From the IMG/VR virus record IMGVR_UViG_3300011334_000331, positions 1 through 26,730 of that record: a stretch of 26,730 nt of DNA. One strand, 5' to 3'. Each line of letters begins with the position of its first letter. Within the stretch, counting starts at the first letter, position 1. The stretch comes from a virus (Duplodnaviria > Caudoviricetes). Both the position numbers and the translations under genes were made by a program. This document shows positions 25,484 through 26,730 of the stretch, piece by piece. The notes under the pieces are model-generated. The model was not told the DNA's origin. It did no database searches and worked only from the letters and a program-made list of their open reading frames with translations.

Positions 25484-26730
25484 TTTAGTAGCAGCATTGT
25501 TGCTTTTTTCGTTTTCTGCATTTGCGCAGACAGTAACACCAGATCCTGGGCCTTATGCGCCTATGAATCAAAAGTATGAATACCGCTGGATAAAAACAAG
25601 CGGCGGCTTATGGAATCTTGGTAAATTGATTGTGCAAGATAGCACCGATTTGCGTAGCATTACCTACGTTACCACTGCACCGGATAATGATAGTTCAAAA
25701 CGTGTTGCAAGCACTGCTTGGGTAAAAAAGAACATTACAGCAAGCGGCGGCGGCAGCGGTGTTGATAGCGTAAGAAGAAAAGGAGTTACAGATACAATAC
25801 AAGAATATTACGGCGGCGCGTTTGGTTATAGAAGATTTGCATTTACTGCACCATTGCCAGGTAGCTTTGTTCCTTACACCGGAGCAACGCAAGATGTAAA
25901 CTTAGGTGAATTCGGTTTGCAAACGGGTAACGTAGAATTTGACAATACACCTATAAATTTACCTACTGCTGCTGGTTCGATGTATTACAACGATAGCGAT
26001 GGGACTTTAGATTTAATATTGAAGGGCGGTAATGTTACATTACAAATAGGACAAGAAACAGTTTTAAGAGTAGTAAATAAAACAGCAACAAATGTAAATT
26101 TATTACAGGCAAATTATCAAGCCGTAAGGGTTACGGGTGCGCAAGGGCAAAGGGTTAAAGTAGATTTAGCCCGTGCAACTTCAGATACTTTTTCTGCTGA
26201 AACAATAGGATTGGTAACTGAAACGATTAATAACAACCAAGAAGGGTTTATAACAACAAGCGGATTAGTAAGGGGTATAAATACTACTGGTTCATTGCAA
26301 GGTGAAACTTGGGCAGATGGTGATATAATTTATCTAAGCCCTACAACAGCGGGAAGCCTTACAAAAGTTAAACCAGTAGCACCAAACCATTTAGTTATAA
26401 TAGGATATGTAATTCATTCGCACGCTACGCAAGGCAGCATCTTTGTAAAGGTTGATAATGGTTACGAATTAGATGAACTGCACAATGTGAAAATAACAAC
26501 GCCAACAAATAACCAAGCGTTAGTCTATAATGATACTACCGATGTTTGGGAAAATAAAAGATTGGTTACCGTTACCTCCTACGGCAAAAACGCTACAGCC
26601 GACAGCACAATACTTTTACTTAGCAACGGTACTCGCTACGCTGCAAAGGATAGTGTAGGGGGTGGGGGTGCTATGGCTATTGGTGGAACTATTACAAGTG
26701 CAACGGCTGGAAGTGCTTTATTTGCTGGAA
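25470..26730 (+). CDS. Tail fibre-like protein with an N-terminal Sec signal peptide (3' end runs off the window)
   Basis: Not in the ORF track; open for 420 codons: MKQVNLVAALLLFSFSAFAQTVTPD...VASTAWVKK...FVPYTGATQDVNLG...ETIGLVTETI...GDIIYLSPTTAG...LDELHNVKITTPTNNQALVYNDTTDVWEN. The ATG overlaps the end of the previous gene. Confidence 0.75.
   Translation, partial: MKQVNLVAALLLFSFSAFAQTVTPDPGPYAPMNQKYEYRWIKTSGGLWNLGKLIVQDSTDLRSITYVTTAPDNDSSKRVASTAWVKKNITASGGGSGVDSVRRKGVTDTIQEYYGGAFGYRRFAFTAPLPGSFVPYTGATQDVNLGEFGLQTGNVEFDNTPINLPTAAGSMYYNDSDGTLDLILKGGNVTLQIGQETVLRVVNKTATNVNLLQANYQAVRVTGAQGQRVKVDLARATSDTFSAETIGLVTETINNNQEGFITTSGLVRGINTTGSLQGETWADGDIIYLSPTTAGSLTKVKPVAPNHLVIIGYVIHSHATQGSIFVKVDNGYELDELHNVKITTPTNNQALVYNDTTDVWENKRLVTVTSYGKNATADSTILLLSNGTRYAAKDSVGGGGAMAIGGTITSATAGSALFAG

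Noticed and set aside
1-26730. CRISPR array, tRNA, integrase/att site, reverse transcriptase/DGR, lysis genes
   Set aside because: None recognised in this window, so temperate versus lytic lifestyle cannot be decided.

Overview
This window is a contiguous part of a tailed dsDNA phage or prophage genome with a siphovirus layout and HK97-type head. The host is most likely Bacteroidota: TAnnTTTG promoter boxes are present, and start regions are A-rich with no Shine-Dalgarno sequence. From left to right it contains: a leftward early cluster (RecT-like annealing protein, small ORFs, a short HTH gene) with a repeated GTATC-N6-GATAC palindrome; rightward replication genes (SSB-like, VRR-NUC, primase-polymerase/DUF3987 helicase) followed by a repeat-rich candidate origin; a C5 DNA methyltransferase with a second gene nested in its +1 frame; terS; a three-gene glycan cassette; terL, portal, gp7/MuF, protease and capsid; neck and tail genes; and a truncated fibre-like gene. 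The most notable signals are: (1) the fibre-like protein starts with a classical Sec signal peptide (AFA|Q) and carries several Bacteroidota O-glycosylation sequons; (2) a Stealth-like/glycosyltransferase/sugar C-methyltransferase cassette is wedged between terS and terL; (3) the methyltransferase appears split over two overlapping frames; (4) a probable UGA readthrough extends the major tail protein; (5) a kissing-loop terminator precedes the primase. All family assignments come from reading motifs by eye. No database search was run.
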